A stretch of 35,884 bases of DNA from Chthoniobacteraceae bacterium. Lineage in GTDB: Bacteria > Verrucomicrobiota > Verrucomicrobiia > Chthoniobacterales > Chthoniobacteraceae. Positions 18,001 to 26,360 of this stretch are shown one piece after another. The notes below the pieces were generated by a model. It saw only the letters and a list, made by a program, of their open reading frames with translations, did not search any database and was not told the origin of the DNA. Each line of letters begins with the position of its first letter. Within the stretch, counting starts at the first letter, position 1. The position numbers and the translations under genes are program-made. The stretch spans positions 1 to 35,884 of the forward strand of contig JANNWY010000166.1 of the NCBI GenBank assembly GCA_031409335.1, given 5' to 3'.

Positions 18001-20403
18001 CGCGAGCTGCCTTTCAAAATCGACGGCGCGGCTGGCTGGCTCGCGTTGATCGGGCAAAACGGCACGATCGTGGATCGCGTCGATATCGTCTCGCAGCCCG
18101 CCGATGGCTCCACTGGCCGGAGCCCCGATGGCGGCGCGGTGACGACGCGCTTTGGCCTGCCCGCGAGCCTCGCCACGCCCGGCGAGCCGAACGTCAATCC
18201 GCCCGCCAACATCCTCGCGCTGATGAACGGCCTGCGGGTGACCGAGCTGCTCTACACGCCGGGAAATCTCGAATACATCGAACTCCAAAACACCGGCCCG
18301 GTGACGCTCGATCTCGCCGGCGTGCGGATCACGAAAGGCGTCAGCTACACGTTCGGCGCGGGCGTCACGCTCGCGCCCGGCGCGTTCGTGGTGGTGTGCG
18401 GAAATCGCACCGCGTTTCTCGCGCAATTCGGCGGCGGCGTCCCGCTCGCGGCGGGGAATTTTTCCGGCTCGCTCGACAACTCGGGCGAGACGATCGCGCT
18501 GCGTCCGCCGAGTCCGTGGGAACCGAACATTTTGAATTTCGCGTACAGCGCGAGCTGGTATGCCGTGACGACGATCGGCCACTCGCTCACCGTCGTGGAC
18601 TCGGGCGGACTCGCGGGCGACTGGGGAAAAAAGCGGAGCTGGATGGCTTCCGCCACACTCTACGGCTCGCCGGGAAATGACGGGCCGCCAGCCATCACCA
18701 GCCTGCTCACCGCCGCAGGGATCGTCGGCGACGCGTTTCAGTATCAGATCTCCGCCACAAAATTCCCGACTTCCTACAATGCCACGGCGCTGCCGCCCGG
18801 CCTCGGCGTTGACACGGGCACGGGCGCGATCAGCGGCACGCCGACGGTGCCCGGCACGTTCAATGTCTCCATCACCGCGACGAATCCCGCCGGATCGGAC
18901 ACGCGGACGCTCGTGCTGACCGTCGCGGATTCCGGGCCGCTTGCCGCCTTCGCGTGGTCCGCCGTCGCCTCGCCGCAGCAGGCCGGCGTGCCCTTTGCCG
19001 CCACGCTCCGCGCGGTCGATGCGCAGGGCCGCACCGTCACCACTTTCAGCGGCAGCGCGAGCCTCGCCGGCGGTGCCGGTGGATTGGCGGGATCGACCGT
19101 GCTCGTCACGGAATTCAGCGTCGGCTCGCTGGATTATTTTGAACTCCAAAACGTGACGGTGGACGCGGTGAATACGAGCGGCTGGTTTGTGATCGTGAAT
19201 GATGCGAGCGCGGGAGCGAGCGTGCGGCACGGGACGGTGTGGGCGCTGCCCGCATCGCTCGCGGCGGGGCAGGTGATTTATGCCACCGAAAACAGCGGTG
19301 AAAATCCCTTCGGTGAAGCGATCAACTGGTTCACCGCGTCGGGGCTCGCTTGGGTGATGCTCGTCGATGACACCGGGCAGATTCGCGATTTCGCGGCGAG
19401 CGGCTACACGCAGGCGCAGCTCGCGGGGATCAGCGTGACGGCGAATGGCTTCACGCTCACGCCCGGCGCGCAGTGGTCCGGGAATGGCATCGCCGGGGTG
19501 AACAGCAACAGCCCCACCTGTCTCCGCGGCGGATCGTCCGATCGCCACGACGCGACCGATTGGTCCGTGTCGAACGCGACCAGCGGACGCGGCGTGCAAA
19601 ACGCGGGACTGAATCTGAATCCGTCCACGCCCGTCGCGCCGGCGGCCGCCACTTTTTCCAGCGGCATCTGGACCGGCACCGTCGCCGTCCCGCAGGCGAT
19701 CGCGGCGATGCGCCTCGCCGCGACCGATGGCGCAAATCACACCGGGCAAAGCAACGCCTTTGACAGCGTGCTGCCGCCCGCGCCCGCGATCGCCAGCCCC
19801 GCGAGCGCGATCGGCGTGGTCGGCCAGCCGTTCAGTTTTCAAATCCTGACGACCATTTACGCGGCGAGTTTCACCGCGGAAAATCTCCACGCCGGGCTTG
19901 CCGTGAACACCGCGAGCGGCCTCATCAGCGGCACACCGACGACCGCTGGCACGCGCGCCGTTTCGCTTTCCGCGACAAATCTCGGCGGCACGGGCAACGG
20001 CGCGCTTTCCCTCGAAATCCAGGCGGACGCGGACGGCGACGGGATGGGCGATGCGTGGGAAACCGCGCACGGCCTGAACGCGACGGTGAACGACAGCGCC
20101 GCGGATCGCGACGGCGATGGGCAATCGAACCTCGCCGAGTGGCTCGCGGGCACGACGCCGAACAGCCCCGCGTCGCGCTTTGCGATTACGAGCGAACAGG
20201 TCGTCGGCGGAAACATGGTGCTGACGTGGGCGTCCGTGGCGGGGCGGCGCTACCGGGTCTTCACGCGGGCGGCGTGGGATGCGGGGACGTGGAGCGAGAT
20301 CACGACTGCGCCGATCGTGGCGACTGGCGCGAGCGCGACTTTCACCCACCTCGGCGGGGCGGGCGGCGCGCAGCGTTTCTACCGTGTGAGCATCGCGCCG
20401 TAG
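15061..20403 (+). CDS. Giant exported lamin-tail-domain / CotH-kinase-like / He_PIG protein (paralog 1, 1780 aa)
   Basis: Signal peptide; LTD starts VVINEILY..EFIELHN, IHEILA, INEW, VTELLY; CotH-like RIRGNSSR and HDLD; two He_PIG repeats (ISGTPT); C-terminal DADGDG..AWE..DRDGDG..N.AE..AGT.P and RFYRV. Confidence 0.88.
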   Translation: MLNRFHRLVLAVCLFATVRLHGQVVINEILYRPGTGYPENTGLEFIELHNPTGDAIDVGGWALTNGVPYTIPAATVIAPGGFLVIAADPAQVQALYGIAGVLGPWAAGATLSGSGETIALSKPDGLPVDEVTYASEGDWGTRYRESSFGGWDWRTSADGGGASVELRNPAVSNDNGQNWAASIAPLGATPGAANSVLTANIAPIIRDVAHSPAIPKSADNVTISCQLDDETAAVGLTATLFWREATTTNPGQFQSAPMTGDGTGNFAAVLGPRGHLVIVEFYVAASDGVNARTWPAPTTEGQNANCQYQVDNEVLNGTDSYYRLILTGAENNAFNTVATSSNRQFNQTLVVARGADTTIRYRCAMRIRGNSSRTYQFRPLRIVIPNDDAWDGATVFNLNPKSSFIQFLGLRAFQLAGVRAADSVPVELRRNGVESTTSSGSTPDYGKWARIEDENGDLVKAHWPAADGGNLYKKVDSGNGAGDFYWRSSQPAPANPTTLLDGWSKQNNSTANDWSDLTAFFQVWQAAARPHFPGSSATDVSGSTGGRLFGTGNWNGTALTAGELASVETVSDLDQWARWFAVMTILQDLETKISNGVDDDYAAYFMPSAGGQRRMQIVAHDLDTLLGLGDNPQAATYTGLFDMTEDGQSSYAFRTLLPLFGTASTAGNVAFRTKYFNAIRALYGTVFNADTNGNPNPPFHQFIDNHLTGWAPAATRTAMKTFATQRQAHLLGLIGSGPIAPPAATSVATFSSAAGAVMIHEILADNRGAVNVAGTFPDIIELHNAGGAPVNLAGMSLTDDPAVKSKYIFPAATTIAAGGYLIVYADTAGGAGLHAGFALDQDGETLQLYGTVGAGQPLVDSIAFGAQIADFSIGRTGPLLETWTLCTPTIGAANAAIAALATPAGITINEWLGNPGYQWDDDFLELHNPAAQPVAIGGMVVTDDFINYPALRTLPPLSFMAPASILRMNAKGSGAVPGSARELPFKIDGAAGWLALIGQNGTIVDRVDIVSQPADGSTGRSPDGGAVTTRFGLPASLATPGEPNVNPPANILALMNGLRVTELLYTPGNLEYIELQNTGPVTLDLAGVRITKGVSYTFGAGVTLAPGAFVVVCGNRTAFLAQFGGGVPLAAGNFSGSLDNSGETIALRPPSPWEPNILNFAYSASWYAVTTIGHSLTVVDSGGLAGDWGKKRSWMASATLYGSPGNDGPPAITSLLTAAGIVGDAFQYQISATKFPTSYNATALPPGLGVDTGTGAISGTPTVPGTFNVSITATNPAGSDTRTLVLTVADSGPLAAFAWSAVASPQQAGVPFAATLRAVDAQGRTVTTFSGSASLAGGAGGLAGSTVLVTEFSVGSLDYFELQNVTVDAVNTSGWFVIVNDASAGASVRHGTVWALPASLAAGQVIYATENSGENPFGEAINWFTASGLAWVMLVDDTGQIRDFAASGYTQAQLAGISVTANGFTLTPGAQWSGNGIAGVNSNSPTCLRGGSSDRHDATDWSVSNATSGRGVQNAGLNLNPSTPVAPAAATFSSGIWTGTVAVPQAIAAMRLAATDGANHTGQSNAFDSVLPPAPAIASPASAIGVVGQPFSFQILTTIYAASFTAENLHAGLAVNTASGLISGTPTTAGTRAVSLSATNLGGTGNGALSLEIQADADGDGMGDAWETAHGLNATVNDSAADRDGDGQSNLAEWLAGTTPNSPASRFAITSEQVVGGNMVLTWASVAGRRYRVFTRAAWDAGTWSEITTAPIVATGASATFTHLGGAGGAQRFYRVSIAP

Positions 20404-20478
20404 CGCGCGGATTTGCGCGGCGGGCGGGGTGGCTTATAGATGCCGCGTCTGTTTGCCTCCCCCATTCCCCAAAAAAAT

Positions 20479-23400
20479 ATGCCCGCCTCTTTTCTTCGTA
20501 CGGCTGCCGCGTTTTGCCTCATCGCCGCGGCGCGGCTGCACGCGCAGGTCGTCTTCAATGAAATCATGTACCGCCCCGGCACGGGCTTCCCGGAGAATAC
20601 GGGACTCGAATTCATCGAACTCCACAATCCGACCGGGACGCCGGTCGATGTGAGCGGGTGGGCGATTACTTCGGGAGTCGATTTCACTTTCCCCGCAGGC
20701 ACGAGCATCGCGGCGGGCGGCTTTGCGGTCGTGGCGGGAAATCCGGTGCTGGTGGAAAACGCGTACGGGATCGCTGGCGTGCGCGGGCCGTGGGTGGCGG
20801 GGACGGGGCTGGCGAATGCGGGCGAAAAAATCACGCTCTCGAAACCGGGCGCGTTGGCCGGGACTTTCGAGAAAGTGGACAGCGTGACCTACGCGAGCGA
20901 GGGCGATTGGGCGGTGCGCGTGATCGAGACGACTTTCAATGGCTGGGATTGGACGACGACCGCGAATGGCGGGAACCGATCCATGGAGCTGCGCAACCCG
21001 GCGATCAGCAATGACAACGGCCAGAACTGGTCGCCGAGCGCGGCGGCGGCGGGGGCGACGCCGGGTGCGGCGAATTCCGCGCTTACGGCGAACGTGCCGC
21101 CGATCATCCACGGCGTGAAGCATTCCCCAGCGGTGCCGAAATCGACGGACCCGGTGACGATCTCCTGCGACGTGACGGACGAGGCCGCGCCGCAATTCCT
21201 CACGGCGACGCTTTTCTGGCGCGTGGGCCCGGGCGTTTTCCAGTCGCAGGCGATGCCCCCCGATCCGCTGACGGGCCAGTTTTCCACCACCCTCGGCGCG
21301 CGGGGAAATCTGACGATCGTCGAATTCTACGTGTCGGTGAGCGACGGCGTGGGCACGCGCACCTGGCCCGCGCCCGCGAATGGCGGGCAGAACGCGAACT
21401 GCCAGTATCAGGTGACGGACGAAGTGCTGAGCGCGACGGAGGCGTATTACTTCATGGTGCTGACGGGAACGGAAAACGCGGCCTACAACAGCACCGCGTC
21501 GAGCGACAACGCGAACAACAAAATCGACCGGCAATTCAACACGACGCTCATCCTCGTGAACGGCGCGGACACGACGATCCGGTATCGCAGCCAGATTCGT
21601 TTTCGCGGCAACAGCAGCCGCAGCTACTCCTTCAAGCCGCTCCGCGTCTCGGTCCCCGGCGACGATCCGCTGGATGGCGGCACGGGCTTCAATCTGAATC
21701 CGAAGGCGACCGTCCTCCAGTTCATCGGAATGCGGCTGCTGCAGGCCGCAGGCGTGCGCGCGCCGGATTCGATCCCGGTGAAACCCCGGCGCAATGGCAT
21801 CGAATACACGACCTCCAGCGGCAGCACGCCGGACTACGGGCGATGGGTGCGCGAGGAGGACATCAACGGCGACTTCGTGAGTAATCATTTTCCCGAGGCG
21901 AAAGGCAGCGGCATTTATAAAAAGGGACGGCCCGATTGGTACTGGCGGAACGGCACGGCGGCACCGGCGAATCCCGCCGGGACGATTGACGGCTGGCTGA
22001 AGCAGAACAACAGCGCGGCAAACGACTGGACGGATCTCACGGGATTTTTCGCGACGGTCCAAAGCGTGACCGCGCCGCATTTTCCCGGCGCTGCCGCAAA
22101 CAACTCCGCGGGCGGAAACGGCGGGGCGCTCGGGGGCACGGGCAACTGGAACGGCACGGCTTTTTCCGCGGGGGAAATCACGACGCTCGAAACGGCGGCG
22201 GACCTCGACCAGTGGGCGCGCTGGTTCGCGGTGATGACGATTTTCCAAGACTACGAAACCAACATCTCGAACGGCCAGGACGACGACTACACGATCTACT
22301 TTGCGCCAAATGCGCTCGGCCAGCGCCGCGCGCATCTCGTGACCCACGACATGGACACGATCCTCGGTCTCGGGGAAACGCAGCCGCCCTTCAATGCCAC
22401 CGGCCTTTACGACATGACGGACCTCTCGTCCGTCTTCCGCCCGCTGCTCCCGCTGCTCGGCAACAACACCGTCGCGGGCAACGCAGCCTTCCGGCAGAAA
22501 TACCACGACGCGCTGCGCGATTTGTTCGGCACGGTTTTCGACGCGGACAATTCGGTGAATCCGAATCCGCCGTTCCATCAATTCATCGACAGCCATCTCA
22601 CCGGCTGGGCTCCGGCGGGGACGATCACGGCGATCAAGGATTTCGTGAGACTCCGCCGCGCGTATCTGCTCGGGCTCATCGGCAGCGGCGCGACCTCGCC
22701 ACCCGCGGCGACCTCGACCGCCACGCTCACCAGCGCGCCGGGCGTGCTGATGATCCACGAAGTCCTCGCGAACGGCGCGGGCCTTCCCGATACCATCGAA
22801 CTCCACAACTCCGGCGGCACCGCGATCGACCTCACGGGCAAGAGCCTGAGCGACGACGTTTTGGTGAAAGCGAAATACGTTTTCCCCAACGGAACGAGCA
22901 TCGCGGCGGGCGGATACCTCGTCGTGTCCGCGGACAGCGATCTCGCCGCGCCGGGCCTCCACACAGGATTCGCGCTCGATGCGGACGGCGACCGCGTCGA
23001 TCTTTACGACACGCTGGCCAGCGGACAGGCGCTGCTGGATTCCATCGTGTTCGGACTGCAGGCGCGGGATTTTTCCATCGGACGCACGGGCGCGGGGCTC
23101 GCCGTCTGGGCGCTCTGCACGCCGACCGCCGGCCTCGCGAATAGCGCCGCGGTCGCGCTCGCCGAGCCCGGCGGAATCAAGATCAACGAATGGGCGGGCA
23201 ACGGCGACTACCTACTCGACGAGGATTTTCTCGAACTCCACAACTCCGCCGCGCAGCCCGTCGCACTCGGCGGCATGAGGCTCACGGACGACTTCATCAA
23301 CTACCCCGCGAAATACACGCTGCCGCCGCTAAGTTTCATCGCGCCGGGCGATTTCCTGCGCTTCCGCGCGAAAGGCGCGAGCGCCTCCGATGGCAACGCG

Positions 23401-26292
23401 AGCGAGCTGCCGTTCAGCATCGACGCGAACGTCGGCTGGCTCGCGCTCCTCGGGCAAAACGGGACGATCGTCGATCGCGTCGATGTCGTCGCGCAGTCCG
23501 CCGACAGCTCGCGCGGACGCACGCCGGACGGCGGCGCGACCATCGCGACCTTTGGTGTGCCCACGCCTGGCGCGGCGAACGTCGCGCCGCCCGCAAACGT
23601 GCTCGCGCTCATCGCCGGGCTGCGCATTTCCGAACTGCTCTACCGGCCAAACAACTTGGAGTTCATCGAGCTGCACAACATCAGCGGCGCGACGCTCGAT
23701 CTCGCCGGCGTGCGTTTTGTGAAAGGCGTGACCTACACTTTCCCCGCGGGCACCACACTCGCGGCGGACGCTTACCTCGTCGTGTGCAAGGATCGCACCG
23801 CTTTCCAGGGACAGTATGGCCTCGGCGTCGCGCTCGCGCCCGGCGTCTTCACCGGCACGCTCGATAATGCGGGCGAGACCATCACCCTCCAGCCGCCCTT
23901 GCCGTGGGATGTGAACATCCTCAATTTCGCCTACAGCGGCACTTGGTTCGCCGACACGAACAACGACTACTCGCTCACCGTCATCGACGACGTGGCGACC
24001 GCGCCGCGCGATTGGGGCGACAAAGGCACTTGGTCGCCATCGCCTGCGACCTTCGGCACACCCGGCGCGGCGTCGCCGCCATCCATCACCAGCCTGCTCA
24101 CGGCGGATGGCGAAACCGGCATCGTCTTCAACTACCAGATCCTCGCGACAAAAAGCCCGGCCTCCTACAGCGCGACGCCACTCCCGTCCGGGCTTTCGGT
24201 GAACACCGCGACGGGCCTCATCAGCGGCACGCCCGCGAGCGTCGGAGTTTTCAACATCAGCATCAGCGCGACCAACGCCACCGGCACCGGCACGCGCGCG
24301 CTCGTGCTCACCGTCGTCTCCGCGCCGCCGCCCGTCATCACCAGCGCGGGCACCGCGGGCGGCACGGTCGCGACCGCGTTCACCTACCAGATCGTCGCCA
24401 CGCGCAGCCCGACTTCGTACAGCGCAGCGGGCCTTCCGGCCGGACTTTCGGTGAACACCGCGAGCGGCCTCATCAGCGGCGCGCCCACGCAGTCGGGCAC
24501 CTTCGTCGTGGGCCTCGGCGCGACGAACGGATTCGGCACCGGCAACAAAACCCTCACGCTCACCATCGCGCCGCAGCCAGCGCCGGTCATCAGCAGCGCG
24601 GGCACTGCGAGCGGAGTCTTCGGCGATGCGTTCACCTACCAAATCATCGCCACGAATTTGCCGACCGCCTACGACGCGACCGGCCTGCCCGCCGGGCTTT
24701 CGGTGAACACCGCGAGCGGCCTCATCAGCGGCACGCCCGCGACGACGGGCACTCTCAATGTGACGCTGAGCGCGACGAATTCCGGCGGCCCCGGCACGAA
24801 GCCGCTCACGCTCACGATCGGCACGAGCGGGCCGCTCGCGGCGTTTGTGTGGAATGCGATCGCGAGTCCGCAGCAGGCGGGCATTCCGTTTTCCACCACG
24901 CTCACCGCGAAGGATGCGCAGGGGCGCACGGTCACGACATTCAGCGGCAGCGCGAATCTCACCGGCGCGGTGCCTGGCGCGGGGACGGGCTCGACGGTTT
25001 GCTTCACCGAAGTCAACAGCGGCGCGCCGGACTGGTTTGAACTCCAGAACGTCTCGACCGCCGCGGTGAACACAACCGGCTGGTTCGTCGTCATCAGCAA
25101 CAACGCGATCAACGGCGTGCTCACGACGACGTATTCGCTGCCCGCGAGCATGGCCAGCGGGCAGATCATCGCCGTCACCGAGAACAGCGTGGATTTCGGC
25201 GCCAACGTCCCGTGGGGCGACACGTCCCCCGGCTGGGTGATGCTCGTGGACGGTGCCGGAGTGGTCCGCGATTTTATGGAATTCGGCTACACGGCGGCGG
25301 ATGTCGCGAGCATCAGCGTCGTCGCGCGCGGCTTCACGCTGAATGCCGCCGGGCAGTGGACCGGCGCGGGCATCTCCACCGCCGCCGTCACCAAAACGCG
25401 CGGCGGCTCCTCCGATCACAACGACGCGACCGACTGGACCGTGAGCGCCTCGATCGCCAACAAAGGGCTGCAAAACACCGCGCTCACGCTGCCCTTCCCC
25501 GGTGGCACCGTGGCCGTGCCGGTCGCGCCCGCGAGCGTGGTTTTTGTGAATGGCGTCTTCATCGGGAACATCAGCGCGGGAGCCGTGGCGGCGGGCATCC
25601 GCATCACCGCAAACGACGGCGCGAGCCACCTCGGCGTCACGAATTCCTTCGACACCGTCGCGCCGCCCGCGCCCGTCATCACCAGCCCTGCGAGCGCCAT
25701 CGCGGTCATCGGCCAGCCCGCGAGTTACCAAATCCTCGCGACCAATTTCACCGCCAGCTACAGCGCCGCGAATCTTCCGGCGGGGCTTTCCGTGAGCCCC
25801 GCGACCGGACTTATCTCCGGCACGCCGACGGTTTCCGGCACGTTCAACATCACGCTCGGCGCGACGAATCCCGGCGGCACCGGCAGCCTCGCACTTTCCC
25901 TGCAAGTGCAGGCCGACGCGGACGCCGACGGAATGGGCGATGCCTGGGAAACCGCCCACGGCCTCAATCCCGCGGCGAACGACAGCGCCGCCGATCGCGA
26001 TGGCGACGGCCTTTCAAACCTCGCGGAATGGATCGCAGGCACGACGCCAAACAATCCCACATCGCGCTTCGCGATCACCAGCGCCGCGCTCGCCAGCGGC
26101 GATGTCGTGCTCACGTGGTCGTCGGTCGCGGGCCGGCGCTACCGCGTCTTCGAGCGCGCGGCGCTGAACGTCGGCGCGTGGTCGGAAGTCACGACCGCAC
26201 CGCTCACCGCGACGGGCGGATCGACGGGATTCACCCGCGCGGGCGGAGCTGCCGGGGCGCCGCGGTTTTATCGCGTGAGCATCGAGCCGTAA
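20479..26292 (+). CDS. Giant exported lamin-tail-domain / CotH-kinase-like / He_PIG protein (paralog 2, about 1937 aa)
   Basis: Collinear with paralog 1 (YRPGTG.PENTGLEFIELHNPTG, TTSSGSTPDYG, DLDQWARWFAVMTI), with four He_PIG repeats. Start at ATG 20479 gives a signal peptide ending RLHAQ. Confidence 0.88.
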   Translation: MPASFLRTAAAFCLIAAARLHAQVVFNEIMYRPGTGFPENTGLEFIELHNPTGTPVDVSGWAITSGVDFTFPAGTSIAAGGFAVVAGNPVLVENAYGIAGVRGPWVAGTGLANAGEKITLSKPGALAGTFEKVDSVTYASEGDWAVRVIETTFNGWDWTTTANGGNRSMELRNPAISNDNGQNWSPSAAAAGATPGAANSALTANVPPIIHGVKHSPAVPKSTDPVTISCDVTDEAAPQFLTATLFWRVGPGVFQSQAMPPDPLTGQFSTTLGARGNLTIVEFYVSVSDGVGTRTWPAPANGGQNANCQYQVTDEVLSATEAYYFMVLTGTENAAYNSTASSDNANNKIDRQFNTTLILVNGADTTIRYRSQIRFRGNSSRSYSFKPLRVSVPGDDPLDGGTGFNLNPKATVLQFIGMRLLQAAGVRAPDSIPVKPRRNGIEYTTSSGSTPDYGRWVREEDINGDFVSNHFPEAKGSGIYKKGRPDWYWRNGTAAPANPAGTIDGWLKQNNSAANDWTDLTGFFATVQSVTAPHFPGAAANNSAGGNGGALGGTGNWNGTAFSAGEITTLETAADLDQWARWFAVMTIFQDYETNISNGQDDDYTIYFAPNALGQRRAHLVTHDMDTILGLGETQPPFNATGLYDMTDLSSVFRPLLPLLGNNTVAGNAAFRQKYHDALRDLFGTVFDADNSVNPNPPFHQFIDSHLTGWAPAGTITAIKDFVRLRRAYLLGLIGSGATSPPAATSTATLTSAPGVLMIHEVLANGAGLPDTIELHNSGGTAIDLTGKSLSDDVLVKAKYVFPNGTSIAAGGYLVVSADSDLAAPGLHTGFALDADGDRVDLYDTLASGQALLDSIVFGLQARDFSIGRTGAGLAVWALCTPTAGLANSAAVALAEPGGIKINEWAGNGDYLLDEDFLELHNSAAQPVALGGMRLTDDFINYPAKYTLPPLSFIAPGDFLRFRAKGASASDGNASELPFSIDANVGWLALLGQNGTIVDRVDVVAQSADSSRGRTPDGGATIATFGVPTPGAANVAPPANVLALIAGLRISELLYRPNNLEFIELHNISGATLDLAGVRFVKGVTYTFPAGTTLAADAYLVVCKDRTAFQGQYGLGVALAPGVFTGTLDNAGETITLQPPLPWDVNILNFAYSGTWFADTNNDYSLTVIDDVATAPRDWGDKGTWSPSPATFGTPGAASPPSITSLLTADGETGIVFNYQILATKSPASYSATPLPSGLSVNTATGLISGTPASVGVFNISISATNATGTGTRALVLTVVSAPPPVITSAGTAGGTVATAFTYQIVATRSPTSYSAAGLPAGLSVNTASGLISGAPTQSGTFVVGLGATNGFGTGNKTLTLTIAPQPAPVISSAGTASGVFGDAFTYQIIATNLPTAYDATGLPAGLSVNTASGLISGTPATTGTLNVTLSATNSGGPGTKPLTLTIGTSGPLAAFVWNAIASPQQAGIPFSTTLTAKDAQGRTVTTFSGSANLTGAVPGAGTGSTVCFTEVNSGAPDWFELQNVSTAAVNTTGWFVVISNNAINGVLTTTYSLPASMASGQIIAVTENSVDFGANVPWGDTSPGWVMLVDGAGVVRDFMEFGYTAADVASISVVARGFTLNAAGQWTGAGISTAAVTKTRGGSSDHNDATDWTVSASIANKGLQNTALTLPFPGGTVAVPVAPASVVFVNGVFIGNISAGAVAAGIRITANDGASHLGVTNSFDTVAPPAPVITSPASAIAVIGQPASYQILATNFTASYSAANLPAGLSVSPATGLISGTPTVSGTFNITLGATNPGGTGSLALSLQVQADADADGMGDAWETAHGLNPAANDSAADRDGDGLSNLAEWIAGTTPNNPTSRFAITSAALASGDVVLTWSSVAGRRYRVFERAALNVGAWSEVTTAPLTATGGSTGFTRAGGAAGAPRFYRVSIEP
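24076..24825 (+). repeat. Three tandem He_PIG coding repeats with 252-bp period
   Basis: GG.CTTTCGGTGAACACCGCGA..GGCCTCATCAGCGGC recurs at 24190, 24442 and 24694. Confidence 0.85.
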
Positions 26293-26360
26293 GTCGGGGC
26301 GGGACACTTTTCCCCTTCGACGATGCGGCGTCGCGGGTCACTCTCACGCCTTTACCAGTC

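Noticed and set aside
25212..26360. 1537-aa ORF suggesting a long overlap or fusion with the CotH paralog
   Set aside because: The Arg-rich off-frame read-through lies over a real gene. The signal peptide begins at ATG 26361.
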